48,908 bases of DNA from Octopus bimaculoides (lineage: Eukaryota): contig NC_068996.1 in NCBI RefSeq assembly GCF_001194135.2, forward strand, positions 34,177,415-34,226,322, in the 5' to 3' direction. Position 1 is the stretch's first letter. Each line of letters opens with the position of its first letter. Positions 48,336 through 48,908 of this stretch are shown here, in pieces. The notes beneath the pieces were generated by a model. The model was not told the DNA's origin. It saw only the letters and a list, made by a program, of their open reading frames with translations, and made no database searches. The translations under genes were made by a program, and so were the position numbers.

Positions 48336-48908
48336 ATGTCAAGCTACTGAACTGCTGGACACAAACATCACTGCTTTCTAAGCAGTGATGTCAATCATAA
48401 TGAGATTACTGCTTCACCGACTAATAGCCTTGTCTTTTTCCATCATATTGTTTTTCTTTTTGCCAACCTGTCTTATTTTTGGCTACCTCTGTCATTGCCA
48501 ATCACTCCCATTTTGACATCACCTCACCATATCATAACATTCTTATTCCTGCCACTCTGGCACACATTCTGGTCCAGTCACCTATATAAAGGTATGCAGC
48601 TTTGGTTATCTCCTTCTCTCTGACAACTACATTCACACCCTTTCCCCACCTCTCAAATACTCATTTCTTGTTTTTCTGACATCACTGTTCTCACTCACTT
48701 TTTTCCTTGCCTCTCTACGTCTGAACAAGGGCTTGCCACTTTTGATTTTTGCAATATTAAGTTGTTGGCTAAATTAGCAAAGGAAGTGTTGATATAGATA
48801 TATATATATATATATATATGTATGTATATGTATGTATGTGTTTATGATGTGTATGTGCATATGTGTATATATAATATATGCATATATATATATATATATA
48901 TATATATA

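Noticed and set aside
48690-48760. CTGAACAAGGGCTTGCC resembling a PLE-type hammerhead start
   Set aside because: The GAAA and stem III half is missing, and the core has a substitution.

Overview
AT-rich, microsatellite-laden eukaryotic scaffold with N gaps. The repeat content resembles an octopus (cephalopod) genome, which is an inference. The only clear host gene is the ERAD E3 ligase HRD1/synoviolin (SYVN1, + strand). Nine coding exons (25163-47929) splice in frame to 367 codons covering the TM region and RING-H2 finger, and the gene continues past the window. A perfect ER-stress response element (CCAAT-N9-CCACG) lies 230 bp upstream of its ATG. The rest is mobile DNA: a Merlin-like DNA transposon with the DDE domain deleted, two mariner copies, a Penelope-like element (PLE), several RTE-clade LINEs and many SINEs. 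The most notable signal is a non-coding tandem repeat of about 350 bp carrying a type I hammerhead ribozyme (retrozyme-like). It occurs at two loci (5264-11612 and 19633-20356) as diverged subfamilies with covarying stems and the same insertion architecture. At locus 1 a 5.7-kb Tx1-like LINE is inserted with a perfect 20-bp target-site duplication ending 3 bp before the hammerhead fold, making it a candidate ribozyme-repeat-targeting retrotransposon. The same locus is joined directly to a PLE reverse transcriptase fragment.
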